Assembly (NCBI RefSeq): GCF_009914755.1
Contig: NC_060925.1
From: the human T2T-CHM13v2.0 reference genome, Homo sapiens
Strand: one strand, 5' to 3'
Length of the DNA: 64,000 nucleotides
Below the pieces are notes generated by a model. The model was not told the DNA's origin. It saw only the letters and a program-made list of their open reading frames with translations, and searched no databases. Positions 46,702 to 61,415 of the stretch are shown here, piece after piece. A program made the position numbers and the translations under genes. The first letter of the stretch is position 1. Every line of letters begins with the position of its first letter.

Positions 46702-48978
46702 TGATATGGTTTGGCTCTGTGTCCCCACCCAAGTCTCATCTGGAATTGTACTCCCATAATTCCCATGTGTTGTGTGAGGGACCGGTGGGAGATAATTTGA
46801 ATCATGGGGGCAGTTTCCCCCATACTGTTCTCCTGGTAGTGAATAATTCTCACAAGATCTGATGGTTTTATCAAGAGTTTCCGCTTTTGCATCCTTCTCA
46901 TTTTCTCTTGCCTTCACCATGTAAGAAGTGCCTTTTGCCTCCTGCCATGATTCTGAGGCCTCCCCAGCCACGTGGAACTGTAAGTCCAATTAAACCTCTT
47001 TATCTTCCCAGTCTCGGGCATGTCTTTATCAGCAGCATGAAAATGGACTAATACAGTAAATTGGTACTGGTAGAGTGGGGCATTGCTGAAAAGATACCCA
47101 AAAATGTGGAAGTGATTTTGGAACTGGGTAACAGGCAGAGATTAGAACAGTTTGAAGGACTCAGAAGAAGACAGGAAAGTGTGGGAAAGTTTGGAACTTC
47201 CTAGAGACTTGTTGAGTGGCTTTACCCAAAATGCTGATAGCAATATGAATAAGAAGGTCCAGGCTGAGGTGGTCTCAGATAGAGATGAGGAACCAGTTGG
47301 GAAGGTGACTCTTGTTATGTTTTAGTAAAGAGACTGGCGGCATTTTGCCCCTGCCCTAGAGATTTGTGGAACTTTGAACTTGAGAGAGATGATTTAGAGT
47401 ATCTGGTGGAAGAAATTTCTAAGCATCAAATCATTCAAGAGGTGACTTGGGTGCTGTTAAAGGCATCTAGTTTTATAAGGGAAGCAGAGCATAAAAGTTT
47501 GGAAAATTTGCAGCCTGACTATGCAATAGAAAAGAAAAACCCATTCTCTGGGGAGAAATACAAGTCAGCTACAGAAACTTGCATAAGTAGCAAGGAGCCT
47601 AATGTTAATCCCCAAGACCATGGGGAAAATGTCACCAGGCCATGTCAGAGACCTTCACGGCAGCCCCTCCCATCACAGGTCTGGAGGCCCAGGAGGAAAA
47701 AGTGGTTTTGTGGGCCAGGCCCAGGGTCCCCCTGCTGTGTGCAGTCTAAGGGCTTGGTGCACTGTGTCCCAGATGCTCCAGCCATGGCTGAAAGGGGCAA
47801 ATGTACAGCTCAGGCTATGACTTCAGAGAGTGCAAGCCACAAACCTTGGCAGCTTCCACATGGTGTTGAGCCTGAGAGTGCATAGAAGTCAACAATTGAG
47901 GTTTGGGAACCTCTGCCTAGATTTCAGAAGATGTGTGGAAATGCCTGGATGCCCAGGCAAAAGTTTGCTGCAGGGGTGAGGCCCTCATGGAGAAAATCTG
48001 CTAGGGCAGTGCTGAAGGGAAATATGGGGTCAGAGCCCCACACAGAGTCCCTACTGGGGCACTGCCTAGTAGACTTGTGAGAAGAGGATCACCGTCCTCC
48101 AGACCCCAGAAAGGTAGATCCACCAACAGCTTGCACCGTGCACCTGGGAAAGCCACAGACACTCAATGCCAGCCCATGAAAGCAGACAGAAGGGGGCTAT
48201 ACCCTGCAAAGCCACAAGGGTGGAACTGCCCCAAGACTATGGGAACCTACCTCTTGCATCAGCGTGACCTGGATGTGAGACATGGAATCAAAGGAGATCA
48301 TTTTGGAGCATTAAAATTTGACTGCTCCTCTGAATTTCGGACTTGCATGGGCCCTATAACCCCTTTGTTTTGGCCAATTTCTCCCCTTTGGAATGGCTGT
48401 ATTTACCCAATACCTGTACCCCATTGTATCTAGGAAGTAACTAGCTTGCTTTTGATTTTACAGGCTCATAGGCAGAAGGGACTTGCCTTGTCTCAGATGA
48501 GGCTTTGGACTGTGGACTTGTGGGTTAATGCTAAAATGAGTTAAGACTTTGGGGGACTGTTTGGAAGGTATGATTGGTTTTGAAATGTGAGGACATGAGA
48601 TTTGGAGGGGCCAGGGGTGGAGTGATATGGTTTGGCTCTGTGTCCCCACCCAAATCTCATCTTAAATTGTACTCCCATAATTCCCATGTGTTGTGGGAGG
48701 GACCCAGTGGGAGATAATTTAAATCCTGATGGTGGTTTACTCCATACTATTCTCATGGTAGTGAATAAGTCTCACGAGATCTGATGGTTTTTATCAGGGG
48801 TTTCCACTTTTGCATCCTTCTCATTTTCTCTTGCCACCACCATGTAAGAAGTGCCTGTTGCCTCCTGCCATGATTCTGAGGCCTCCCCAGCCATGTGGAA
48901 CTGTAAGTCCAATTAAACCTCTTTGTCTTCCCAGTCTTGGGGATGTATTTATCAGCAGTATGAAAAAGGACTAACACA
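46702..48978 (+). mobile_element. Full-length THE1A MaLR (LTRs 46702-47055 and 48623-48978, internal 47056-48622)
   Basis: TGATATGGTTTGGCTCTGTGTCCCCACCCA starts; THE1A-type AATTGTACTCCCATAATTCCC and GGAACTGTAAGTCCAATTAAACC; GTAAATTGGTAC internal start; GGAGGGGCCAGGGGTGGAG PPT. Confidence 0.93.
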
Positions 48979-49606
48979 CAGTCCCATCTTCTTTTTAAAG
49001 GGTATACTCCAGCAAAACTAGGGAAAGAAAAAGACATGAAATCCAGGCAATAGAGGATGCTACCCAGGAGGGTAATAAAGAGAATTCCCCAAATGGCATC
49101 TGTGCAATAGGCATAGAGAGCAGCCTGCCTAGTCTATAGCAGGTGGACAGAGCTCCTGGAGAGATGTCTCCATGTTGAAACAAAAAGAGAAGGTAATGAG
49201 ACAAATAGAGTCTGATATGAGAGTTTTGGAAAACAATAATCAAAGCATAGGTAGATGGCAGATCTGATGAGCAGTCTGAGCAAAATTGAATAACTATATT
49301 TACATAGTCATTATAATATAAACCCTAATTTCCAATTAAATTTAACAAATGATATGGGGCAGGTGGGGGATGGGAGATTGTGTAAGAATGCTAAAGGCAT
49401 GGATTATCACAGAAATATAATAGATGACATCTAATTTTGACAAAATAGGAAATATTAAAAGAAGCACATTTGTTTAGAAATATGAGATAACTGGTGAGAC
49501 AGCTGAAGGAGTGAACTGAGGTTTCCTTTAGAGTGTGAAACTGGGTTTCATTATAAGTCTCATGACATTTTTTTTAAGCTATGTGTATGTATAAATTGAT
49601 GAAAAA

Positions 49607-50259
49607 ATTTTTTTAACTTTTAAGTTCAGGGGTACTAATGCAGGTTTTGTGTCATGGGGGTTTGTTGTAAAGACTATTTCATCACCCAGGTATTAAGCCT
49701 TGTGCCAATTGGTTATTTTTCCTGATCCTTGCCCTTCTCCCACTCTTTGAAAGGCCCCAATGTGTGTTGTTCCCCTCTATGTTTCCATGTGTTCTTATCA
49801 TTTTGCTTCCACTTGTAAGTAAGAACATGTGGTATTTGGTTTTCTGTTCCTGTGATAATTTGCTAAGGATAATGGCCTCCAGCTCCATCCATGTCCCTGC
49901 AAAGGACATGATCTCATTCTTTTTTATAGCTGCGTAGTATTCCATCATGTATATATACATTTTCTTTATCTAGTCTATCACTGATGGGCATTTAGGTTGA
50001 TCTACATCTTTGCTATTGTGAATAGTGCTGCAATGAATATATGTGTGCATGTGTCTTTAAAACAGAATGATTTATATTCCTTTGGATATATATCCAGTAA
50101 TGGGATTGCTTGGTCAAATGGTTCTGTCTTTAGGTCTTTGAATAATTGCCACACTGTCTTCCACAATGGCTGAACTAATTTATACTCTCACCAACAGTGT
50201 ATTAACTGTTCTTTTTCCCTACAACGTTGCCAGCATCTGTTATTTTTTGACTTTTTATA
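49607..50259 (-). mobile_element. 5'-truncated old L1PA (about PA13-16) 3' end
   Basis: TTTTAAGTTCAGGGGTAC..TTTCATCACCCAGGTATTAAGCCT; ORF2 C-terminal peptide MEYYAAIKKNEIMSFAGTWMELEAIILSKL. Confidence 0.85.
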
Positions 50260-51229
50260 ATGAAAAATGTTGAAAAACTAAGTGAACCACTGTTTTACCA
50301 GGAGTTCTAGGTGAATCGACTGCTCCTCTATCTATGTGGAAGCATACAGAAATCTTGCTCATTTGGAGAGTTGATTCATCCTGGAGTGTTTATGTTGAGC
50401 CAGGGAAGCTGTTCTTCTGACTCCTTGCTCCTTGTTGAGAAGGGGAAGAAATGCCAAGTGGCCCCTTAGGGCTAATGCAGTGTCCCCTGTGAACATGTGT
50501 CAGAAGCAATCATATCTAATCTTGACAGCAGGTCTTTAAAGTGAGTATTATCATGCCCCATTTAAACGATAAAGAAACTGGGATTCAGAGACATTGACTT
50601 GCCCAAGCTGCTCCACTAAATGGAGCTATTATATATTTAGTGGTGGAGGAGGGGTCTGAACTCATGTATGCTGACTCCAGAACACAAGCAAGCCTGGATA
50701 GCAAATTATCTCTGAAGTCCTGCCCAAACTTGTTTTCTGTACTGCCATGCACTGCTCACATCTGCTGCAACCCCTTCTATGCCCATCTTCTCCCATCCGA
50801 CAAGCCTAGTTCCAACGCTACCTCTACTCCAGCTCTGCCTGCCTCTCCCAGCCCCCCAGCTAACTCCTGCACCCATAGTCAACACTGGTTTATGTCTTTC
50901 CATTTATCTTTTTATATAGATACAAATAGATCTCTTTTAAAGATAAATGCCATCATAGGGTACATAGTGTTGTATTCTTCATTTTTCTCATATGTCTTGT
51001 CTTTCCACATCACTTCAGGTTAAGATCATTTTTTTCCATACATGATCTGTACTATTCTGCAGTACATATTTCCTTAATTCATTTATCTCCTTTATTTTTC
51101 TCTAGGGTCATTTGTCAACATTTTATCATTCTGGCCCTCCTAGCAACCCTTTTGACAGAGGTATTATTATTCTAGCATGTAAAGATGGAGAGTGGAGGCT
51201 TAGACAGTTAATTCTTTGGCACTAGCTAA

Positions 51230-51628
51230 CAACTCTACAATAAAGGCTTGACAGGGACTATCCACCATCCAGAAACAACTCCAAAGACTTCAAAACGTGT
51301 TCCTTACTGGGCACTGCCTTTGGCCAGAGGGAGCTGTCTCACTCTCTCCCAGCAACGGCGAGGGATCACCACCGGGCTGATGCCCGGATATAAAGACCCT
51401 GCCATTTCTGCCTCAATTTGGACAGCTCTGAGGGTTTCTCTCAACTGCAGGGGCCACTGTAGGATGGGCTGAGGGCTCAGTTGCAATTATATTGCAGTTC
51501 AGCTTCTCCCTCTGTCCAATCCTGCTCTCTTCACTTCCTTAGAGTTAAATATCCTGAGAGCACCTCCCAATAAACCTGCATGCAATCTCAGGCTCAGAGC
51601 GTGTCTCCAAGGTACCTAGTCTGAGATA
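51230..51628 (+). mobile_element. LTR16-like ERVL LTR
   Basis: CTTCTCCCTCTGTCCAATCCTGCT..CCCAATAAACCTGCATGCAATCTC..CTCAGAG. Confidence 0.6.
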
Positions 51629-51641
51629 TTTAGTTACATAG

Positions 51642-51971
<330 letters not shown>

Positions 51972-52934
51972 TGTATATCTACTCTTTAAATAGTGCTGTC
52001 TGTCATACTCTCTACCTTTGTTCATAGCACTTTCCAGTACCTGATACATGATATATTTATTAGTTTATTCGTTATCTGTTTTCCTGTCTTCAGAATGTAT
52101 GCTCCGTGCAAACAGGGACTTTATTTTATTCTCTATTGTATCCCCAGCACCTAAAATAGTGCCTGACACTAATTAACAATAAGAAAATTGTTAAATTGAT
52201 TGAATAAATGAATCCTTTGAAAATTGTGGAGGCAGCAGAGACAAGTGGATAAAATCATGCTCCTTGATAGCAGACAGGTCTGAGATAGAGTTCTAGTTCA
52301 GCCCCATTCCCAGGGGTGAGCAAGTTTCTTAATCCATTTGAGCCTCAGTATCCTCACCTATAGAATAAGGTAAATAATAGGACCTACCTCATGGGGGTTT
52401 TGTGATAACTAAAGGAGGTAATGCATACAAAGCCTTCAGAATACAGCGTACCCATTGTAAGCTCTCAAAACTGTTAGATGATGATGATTATAATACCGAA
52501 CAGATCCCTTGGAAAAGGTAATTATAAAAATTACATTTCAAAATTATTTTTCTAAACCATTGGGTTAAAATACTGGAGAAAATGCAATTAGACAGTGATT
52601 ATCTCTTCAACCTGCTGCAGGAATATTTTCTCTAATTGCAATGAAGATTTCATTAGCTGGGTCTGCAACATACAGTCCAGGACACAAAAAGCCTACTTGA
52701 CAAATTACCTCCTGTACTCACTGGGCATGGAGCCTTCCATCTGAGCAACTGGGGCTTTAGGGCATGTAGCTATTACCTGTAGCAGCCTGCAATGGCAGGT
52801 GTAATTTGGTAAACTAGGGAGGCTGGAGAACTGATTTTAAAGCTAGGTGATCCAGAATTAAGAGTATGGAAAGAAGGCTTGCCTTTGGGTCCTTGTCACT
52901 CCATCTGCTGGCCATGGTATCCTAAACAGATCAC

Positions 52935-53037
52935 CCATCAATCCATCCATGTATCCATCCATCCATATATCCATTCATTCATGTATCCATCCATCCATCC
53001 ATCCATCCATCCATCCATCCATCCATCCATCCATCCA
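52935..53037. repeat. (TCCA)n tetranucleotide repeat at an L2 tail
   Basis: Direct inspection; pure run ~52986-53036. Confidence 0.92.
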
Positions 53038-53337
53038 ACATTTACTATGCATTTACTATATGACAGATGCTGTGCTAGACCCTGGAGATAGAGATGAGCC
53101 ATTTCAGCCCTCAAGGAGCACCCCCTTTTGCGAAAAAGGGAAAAAAAACCAATTTCATATTTAAGAAGTAAGCAGTGGCAACAAGTCCAATGTTGCTGGG
53201 GCTTAGTCCTGTGCTGGGAAATGGGAAGTCAGGGGAAACTTGTTGGAGAAGTTGATGATAACTGAGTCAGTCAGGAAGACAGAGCAGGGATAAAATGCCA
53301 GACAGAGCAAACAACACATAAATAGAGATGAAGTCTT

Positions 53338-53740
53338 GAGTGCCATGCTTTTTGTATTTTTATGATTTCTGTTGATTTTGCTGTTTAAAGTGACCCCCAA
53401 ATAGAGGCTGAAGTGCTGCCTAGTGTTCCTAAATACAAGAAGGCTGTGATGTGCCTTATGGAAAAAATATGCATGTTAAATATGTTTCGTGAAAGCATGA
53501 GTTATATTGTTGTTGACCATGAGTTTAATGTTAATGAATTAACAATATATATTAAATAAGGTGCCTTTAAACAAAAACACACATAAGATTAGGTTATGTA
53601 TTGATAGACTGAGAAAAATTTTGTGACTAGAGGCTCACAGGAGCCTAATTCTGTATATCCTGTAGGAGCAAATTTTCATAATTCTGTGTTCATAGTGATT
53701 TTATAGAATGGAAGTACTGTGAATAATGAGAATCACCTAT
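53338..53740. mobile_element. MER44 (Tigger7-derived) DNA transposon relic
   Basis: GCTGAAGTGCTGCCTAGTGTTCCTAA..AAGAAGGCTGTGATGTGCCTTATGG..GTGAATAATGAGAATC. Confidence 0.8.
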
Positions 53741-54479
53741 ATCTGTTATCTTCCACAAGACATAAACCAAGTCCCTTTCCTCAATTTCTTTCCCTGGAGA
53801 GAAGCTCTCACGTGTGAGGCAGTGTATAAGTGGGTAGCAATGTTTTCCCAGATTCCCTGAAGGTCTAAGTGAACCAAACCACACATGTATTTCTTGCCTT
53901 TTAAATATGGGCCTCATCCTTATTTCTCTAAGCCTCCCTCTATGTTGCCCCCTTGTCTACTTCCCACTAGACAAGGTTTATAGTGTTCTGCACAAGTATT
54001 GAGACTCTATGACACCAGGGAGTTTTGCCTCCTAAGACTGCCACCTCCACATCCCTACTCTCCATTCCTGATCTACTTTGCTCCATGTTCCAAGTAAGTT
54101 AGAATGAGAGGTTCTCACTATATGTGTGGGAGCACGTGCCTGTCCTTTGCTTCACAAGGCCCATCTACATTAGAGTATGTATTTGAATGTCCTTCTATGG
54201 ACATTAGACTCATTTTATAAAGCACCTCCATTCCCTTTGCCCCATTCCCCTTAGGGGATGCCTAGCTGGTTCTTCCTGATGTCTAGCTGCTTCTCTCTAC
54301 TGGCTGAGTCTGGTGTCTTTACAGGCACAGCATGAGAGCTGGGCAGCCTGTAGGTAGTTTTGGAAAAGTCAACATTTGATTGGTAAGAGGACATTATTCA
54401 GAAAGAACAAATCGGGAGAGAGTGGGCACACAGGGATGGAAGTTCTCACTTTGGGCTGCAGGTTTCAGGTGAGACTTGT

Positions 54480-55560
54480 CAAGCTGATTCTAAAATTAAC
54501 ATGATTTATTAGAGGGCCAATATTAGCAAAGACAAGTTTGAAAAAAAAAAAAAGGAGGAGAACTTGCTGCATCACCTATCAGGACTTATCATAAAGCTCT
54601 AGAAACTAAAGTGGTAAGGAATTGTCACAGAAATTGACAGACTAAGGGAACAGAATAGTGAGCCCCAAACAGCCAGGCATCTATTGGAATTTGACACTTG
54701 CTAGAGGTGGCATTAAAAATCAGTGAAAAAAGGATAGGCTATTCAACAAATGAAATGAGACAATTAGTACACACATGGGGAAAAAATAATACATAAAAAT
54801 AACATTATGGGCCTTAGTATAGGAAATTAGACCTTCCCACCTAAAATCCCATATGTCATAATATAAATAATAAAAATATTTTCAGCTTTCTCAAAATTTA
54901 AAAGTTATATATGTAAAATAAAGTCTGAGAAAATTAACAGAGAAGCTGCAGACAGGGAGATAATTTTGTAATGCATATGAACAACCAAAGATCTGTAACT
55001 CAAATATAAAAAACTGCTGCAAATCTATGAGAAAAGCCAAACAACCTAATATAATGAGCAAGAAAAATGAACAATTCCCAGGAGAGGAATACACCATCAC
55101 CCTCCACAAAAATGAAAAGATGCCCAAGCTCCCCAATCACCCAAGAAGTTAGAATTAAAACAATAATCTAATACCATTTCCCTCCCATCAGACTGGCAAG
55201 CATTTAAAAGTCTGACGATACCAAGTGACATTCTGATGCAAGGGTAACAGGAGTGTCTATGAATAATACAACTTCAAAGAGAAATTTGGCAATCTTGGTA
55301 AACTTGGAGTTGCAGATACCTTTTGGCTTCGCAGTTCCATCTCTAGGTATACATCTCAGAGAAACTCACACACATGCTCATGGAGAGATGCAAAAACGTA
55401 TTAACAGCAGCACAGTTTGTGACATCACAAATATTGGAAATGACCTACATTTTCATCGAAAGGGAAGAATAACTAAACTGTAGTATGTTTATATAATGGG
55501 ATGCCATTAAGATGAATGAAACAAATTGACACATATCACTATGGAAAAAATCTATAAACC
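54480..55560 (+). mobile_element. Old L1M (L1ME-like) ORF2/3' fragments
   Basis: AAGCTGATTCTAAAATT.., CCATCAGACTGGCAAGCATTTAAAAGTCTGACGATACCAAGTG. Confidence 0.65.
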
Positions 55561-57011
55561 ATCAACAGTAGAGTTTCATAGTTCAGGTTCCCAGACAGAC
55601 TCTGATACTCTGGTGAGACTTGCAAATTTTTTTGGGAAGTACTCTTGGCAACAACACTTGTCTGGGGTGAGGGAGGCAGGATTGTTTGGACACAGGAAAA
55701 GCTGAACAGAGGCCATCGCCAATCCCATGAGCATCTCTGGAGCTGGCATGTCTCTACTGAGTTGTCCTATTGAGGCAAGGACTCCAGGTATTTGTACTCC
55801 TATAGTTACCAGTCATTGGATAACTAATCATTGGATACCAGCTTCTTTCTGTAGAGGTACAAGACTCAGCTGCCTTGGCAGCTGGAGAGACTGGCCCCCT
55901 GACCCTGAAGGACAATCTGGCCATGCACCTCAGTATCCACCACAGAGAGAAAATCAGGCAACGCATCAAGAAGATACATTACTAAGAGGGTTAAGATATT
56001 AATAGAGGGTTTCCAGGTAGGCTAGAGTGGAAATGCTCTTGACAGAAGATAGAGCACGTACAACACACCAGTCTATGGAAAAGCATGTAGGTGACCTGCT
56101 GCCATTGAATGTTTCAATCTTGTTGTCTTTAAGGGGTTCTTTATGTATTATGGATTTTAATTGTTTAATTTTTTTTTACCATGAAGGGAAAAATATTTTT
56201 CCCTTGTGGCTTCTGATTTTTGTGCATTGCTTGAAAGGCAAGTATTATAAGAATATTCTCCAGTATATTCTTAAGTGATATATTTCTACTCACAACATAG
56301 GCCCAACTTCACGGTGAAGGCCAAGACAGCTATTAGAGCCCCCTGTCTGTTGTTATCTGATCTAAGACACCCTTCCCTTCCCCAGAGAACCTAAATCAGG
56401 AACGATTCCTCCTTCAGGTACTCTACTGTCCTCTGTCTATAGAGGGTACGCCTTCCACCTCGCAGGACCTTCGCATGCAGCTGCCTCCTTTGGACTGTGT
56501 GGATCGACTCTCCACCTGTATTCCAGGTCCTTCCTCTAGCTGGAATGGTTAGAAAACTAACCATTTCAAGTCCCAGAATATCAGAGTTCTGCATGCTGAT
56601 TGGGTTCTGCCATTTAGATGTTCAGGAGATGTAAAAGGGCAGCGAGGGGGACGCTAGCAAGTGGGACTGTGGAGATGTGAATTTTCTGGAGAACTGCTTT
56701 GTAGGGCCCCTTCATTCACTGGTGGCAAGGGCTGCTTGCTTGGCTTCCTGATCCCTGGGTGGTCAGAGCCACAGCTTCCCAGTGTTCAGAGGCAGCAGAA
56801 ATAGTAGTGGTCACTGCAGCAGTGGTAAATTCTTAATTCTAGCAGGCCCTAATTGTGGCCTCAGAGGTTCTAGTTCCCTCAGTTGGACAGTAAGAATCAT
56901 CTGGTGGTCATTTCTGGCAGCCTTGAGTAGAACCCAGAGCTGCACCCCTTTCCAACAGTTTTATAAGCATCCAATTTCCTGTGTTAAATCCCCTCTTGTA
57001 TAAAATATTTA

Positions 57012-57405
<394 letters not shown>

Positions 57406-57778
57406 CTAGTAATAATAATAATAAATGCAACACTAATAGTAGCTAACATTTATTGAGTACTTGCTCCATTCCAGGCACTGTTCTATATATTTCCATGTAT
57501 GAACTCATTTAATCCTTGCAACAACCTTGCAAGTTAGGTACTATTAGTGACCCCGTATACATATGAAGAAACTGAGAAACTGAAAGATTTCCCAAGGTCA
57601 CACATCTAGCAGTGGCAGAGGTGGATTAAACCTGGGCAATCCTGACGTAAATACCATAAGAATAACAATGGCCAAGAAGGTGTCTTTCTTACATGTCTTC
57701 TCTGTTTCTCCCACTAGACTCAGGACTCCCTAGTCCCTCATCACTTTAACATTATAAAAGTGCTTTATTAATTATTCA

Positions 57779-58122
<344 letters not shown>

Positions 58123-58733
58123 TTATTTATTATGGCTGATATTCAATCTCTTCTCAGAATCTACATTGCAAAACCAGCTCAGCAAGCTCTAGACTATGCC
58201 TTCCCTAAATCAGATCTAAATCGGTGACAGAAAACTATATCTATTGACATAAGGAAGAAATCATCAGGCTTTTATGTGCTCCAGAGAGCTCCAGAAAGAC
58301 AGGTCAGATCTGGGCTTAACCTTCAGGTTGAAATTCATTTAGGAGTAATTCTGGAGCAGTCGTCTCCAGTAAGAAATGTTTCCTTCTCTTACCCCTGAGT
58401 CATCCCCCCAGGTCTTCCAGGGTGAAGTGAAGATGATGTTGGCTATTCTAACTGCCTTTGTTGATCATGAATGTGCCTGGATAAAGCAGGACTTTGGCTC
58501 TGGATGCGCAGGGCTCTGGAGAAACTTGACAAGGCCTGTTAGAGAGGATTGGCAACAGGTCACAGGGAAGAGCTTGGGTTCTGGCTTAGATTTCAGGTCC
58601 TGGTGGGAGGCCCCAGGGGCAGGAAACAACATGTGGACTTAGAGATGTGTTTGGTAGACAGGTGCTAGAATTGGGGTTTAGGTGGGGCCTTATCCACCAG
58701 ATGGTTATTAGGATTGGGGTGGGAGTTCTAGAA

Positions 58734-59048
58734 CAGTCCCCAACCTTTTTGGCACTAAGGACTGGTTTCGTGGAAGGTAATTTTTCCATGGACCGGGGAT
58801 TAGGGGACGGTTTTGGGTTGAAACTGTTCTACCTTAGATCATCAGGCATTAGATTCTCATAAGGAGTGCACAACCTTGCATGCATACTTCACAATGCGCT
58901 CCTGAGAATCTGATGCCACCACTGATGTGATAGGAGGTGGAACTCAGGCAGTAATGCTCACCGCTGCTCACTTCCTGCTGTGTAGCCCAGCTCCTAACAG
59001 GCCACGGACTGGTACCAGTCCACAGCCTGGGGTTTGGGAGAACCCCTG
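58734..59048 (+). mobile_element. MER1B hAT MITE
   Basis: GTCCCCAACCTTTTTGGCAC..GGTTTCGTGGAAG..AGATCATCAGGCATTAGATTCTCATAAGG..ACCCCTG; 8-bp TSD TTCTAGAA/TTTTAGAG. Confidence 0.88.
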
Positions 59049-59570
59049 TTTTAGAGGAATCTGCGGCTGGGATGACTAGATACTAAAGACTCCAGAGCCC
59101 AAGATGTTCTATGTCTCACTCCTTCCCTACTAAAGTCAAAATGGATCCCAGAATATCCAGAAGGGCTGAGTCTGAGTAGGAGGGTGAAAGGTGCCAAGTG
59201 GTTCCAGTTTTCAAGGCCAGCGGGCATTTGGTCATTGGGTCAGGCCCTCAGTTATACTGCATGCCCACTTGGACACTCTGGAAAGTTGGTCTTTCCCCAC
59301 GTGCCCTGTGTTCATGGCTTGAAGACGAATCCCTTCCCCCAAGAGCAGAGCAACTTCCACTCTGGCTGATCACCCCCTGGCCTGTTTCTGGAATCTGACT
59401 CCACATCTCTGCTAATGGCACCTCATCTCCCATCTCTCTGAGTCTTGTCAATTCCTGCCTGGCTGTCGCTCCTGCTTGCAGGCAGGATCCAGGGTCTTTC
59501 CAGTCCACCTCCAAAATCTCTATCTGTCTCCCTCTCATTGCTTTTTCTTTTCTGATTATAAAAATAATGT

Positions 59571-59864
59571 GGCCAGGCACAGTGGCTGATGCCTATAATC
59601 TCAACACTTTGGGAGGCTGAGGCAAGATGATCACTTTAGGAATTCAAGACCAGTCTGGGCCACATAGTGACATCCTGTCCTACAAAAAAATTAAAAATTA
59701 GCCAGGAATGGTGGTGCATGCCTTTAGTCGCTGCTACTTGGGAGGTTGAGGTGGGAGGACCGCTTGAGCCCAGGAGTTCAAGACTGTGGTGAACTATGGT
59801 GACACCACTGCACTGCAGCCTGGGCAACAGAGTGAGACCCTGTCTCTTAAAAAATAATAATAAT
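59571..59864 (+). mobile_element. AluJ SINE
   Basis: J-type dimer, (TAA)n tail. Confidence 0.88.
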
Positions 59865-60208
59865 ATATGCTAATCAAAGGAAATGTAGAAACTATAGAAA
59901 AGCATGCTGGATTTTGGTTAATGGATTGGTCACACACAATGAAATCCCATGCCCTCCTGAAACATCACTCAAGCACAGCAAGGTAGTAGGGGGGCTTTGT
60001 TTTGAGAGACGTGACAATAATGAATCAATGCATGGGGTCTGACTTAGCAGGTCTGGAGAGTGGGAGAAGCAGACCCTCAAGAAGTGACCTGATTTACCTT
60101 GTGGAACCCCCAAAGCTCAAGAATTTGTAGCACCAGGGACATCTGGAATTGGGGATGCCAGTGGGGCTAGAATGATGACAGCTGGTAGAAGGTGGGTTGT
60201 GGGTTTAA

Positions 60209-60610
<402 letters not shown>

Positions 60611-60944
60611 TTAGCAGGCTACTGACCATCTCACCCCCAAGAGGGTAGTCGCTGCCTGGTCAGTCTCTGGAGAAAGTGAAGCAGAACCTTTCTGGAGTGG
60701 GGAAAAATTGGAGAATTAGGTGAAAGTTTACATGCTCAATTTTGAGGTGTCTATATCTTTTCTCCTACTTGGCTCCCCAGGGATCTGGAAGCCAAGCTTA
60801 AAACTTGGGTGAGAGATTGGGCAGACATTGGAAATAAACAGGGCCAACCATAAGGGCCACTGTACTTCCCAGTGCCTCCTCCCTTCAGCCAAATCGGCTC
60901 TGCTTGGTTCCTTCCTTCCTTCCCTCTCTCCCTCCGTCTCTCTC

Positions 60945-61415
60945 TCTTTCTAGATGTAACTCATAGATCATCAAGTTCACCACTTTTAAGTGTGGTTTTT
61001 AGTATCCGGAGTGGTTTTTAGTATATTCACAAGGTTGTACAACCGTCACCATCACCACTAATTCCAGAACATGTCATCACCCCAAAAAGACATCCTGTAT
61101 CCATTAGCAGTCACTCCCCAATCCCTTCTTCCCACCTGAGACTCTGGCAACTTCTAATCTACTTTTTCTATCTATGATTTGCTTATTCTGGACATTTTCT
61201 AGAAATGGAATAATACAATATGTGGTCATTTATGTCTGACTTCTTCACTAAGCATAATGTTTTCAAGGCTCATTAATGTTGTAATATATGTCAGTGCTTT
61301 ATTTCTCTTTGTGGCTGAATAATAATTCCATTGTATGGGTAGACCATGTTTAATTTATCCATTTATCAGTTGATATCCAGTTGGGTTTTTTCTATTTTTT
61401 GGTTATTACTTGTTT
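60945..61415 (-). mobile_element. L1MB-type 3' fragment
   Basis: TTTAGTATATTCACAAGGTTGTACAACC..CCATTAGCAGTCACTCCCCA..TTCTGGACATTT. Confidence 0.8.

Noticed and set aside
46790-46805. DUX4 site in the THE1A LTRs
   Set aside because: TAATTTGAATCA (5' LTR) and TAATTTAAATCC (3' LTR) do not fit the TAAYBBAATCA spacing
47364-48433. 173-aa and 118-aa ORFs
   Set aside because: Remnants of the THE1 internal region, not a host gene
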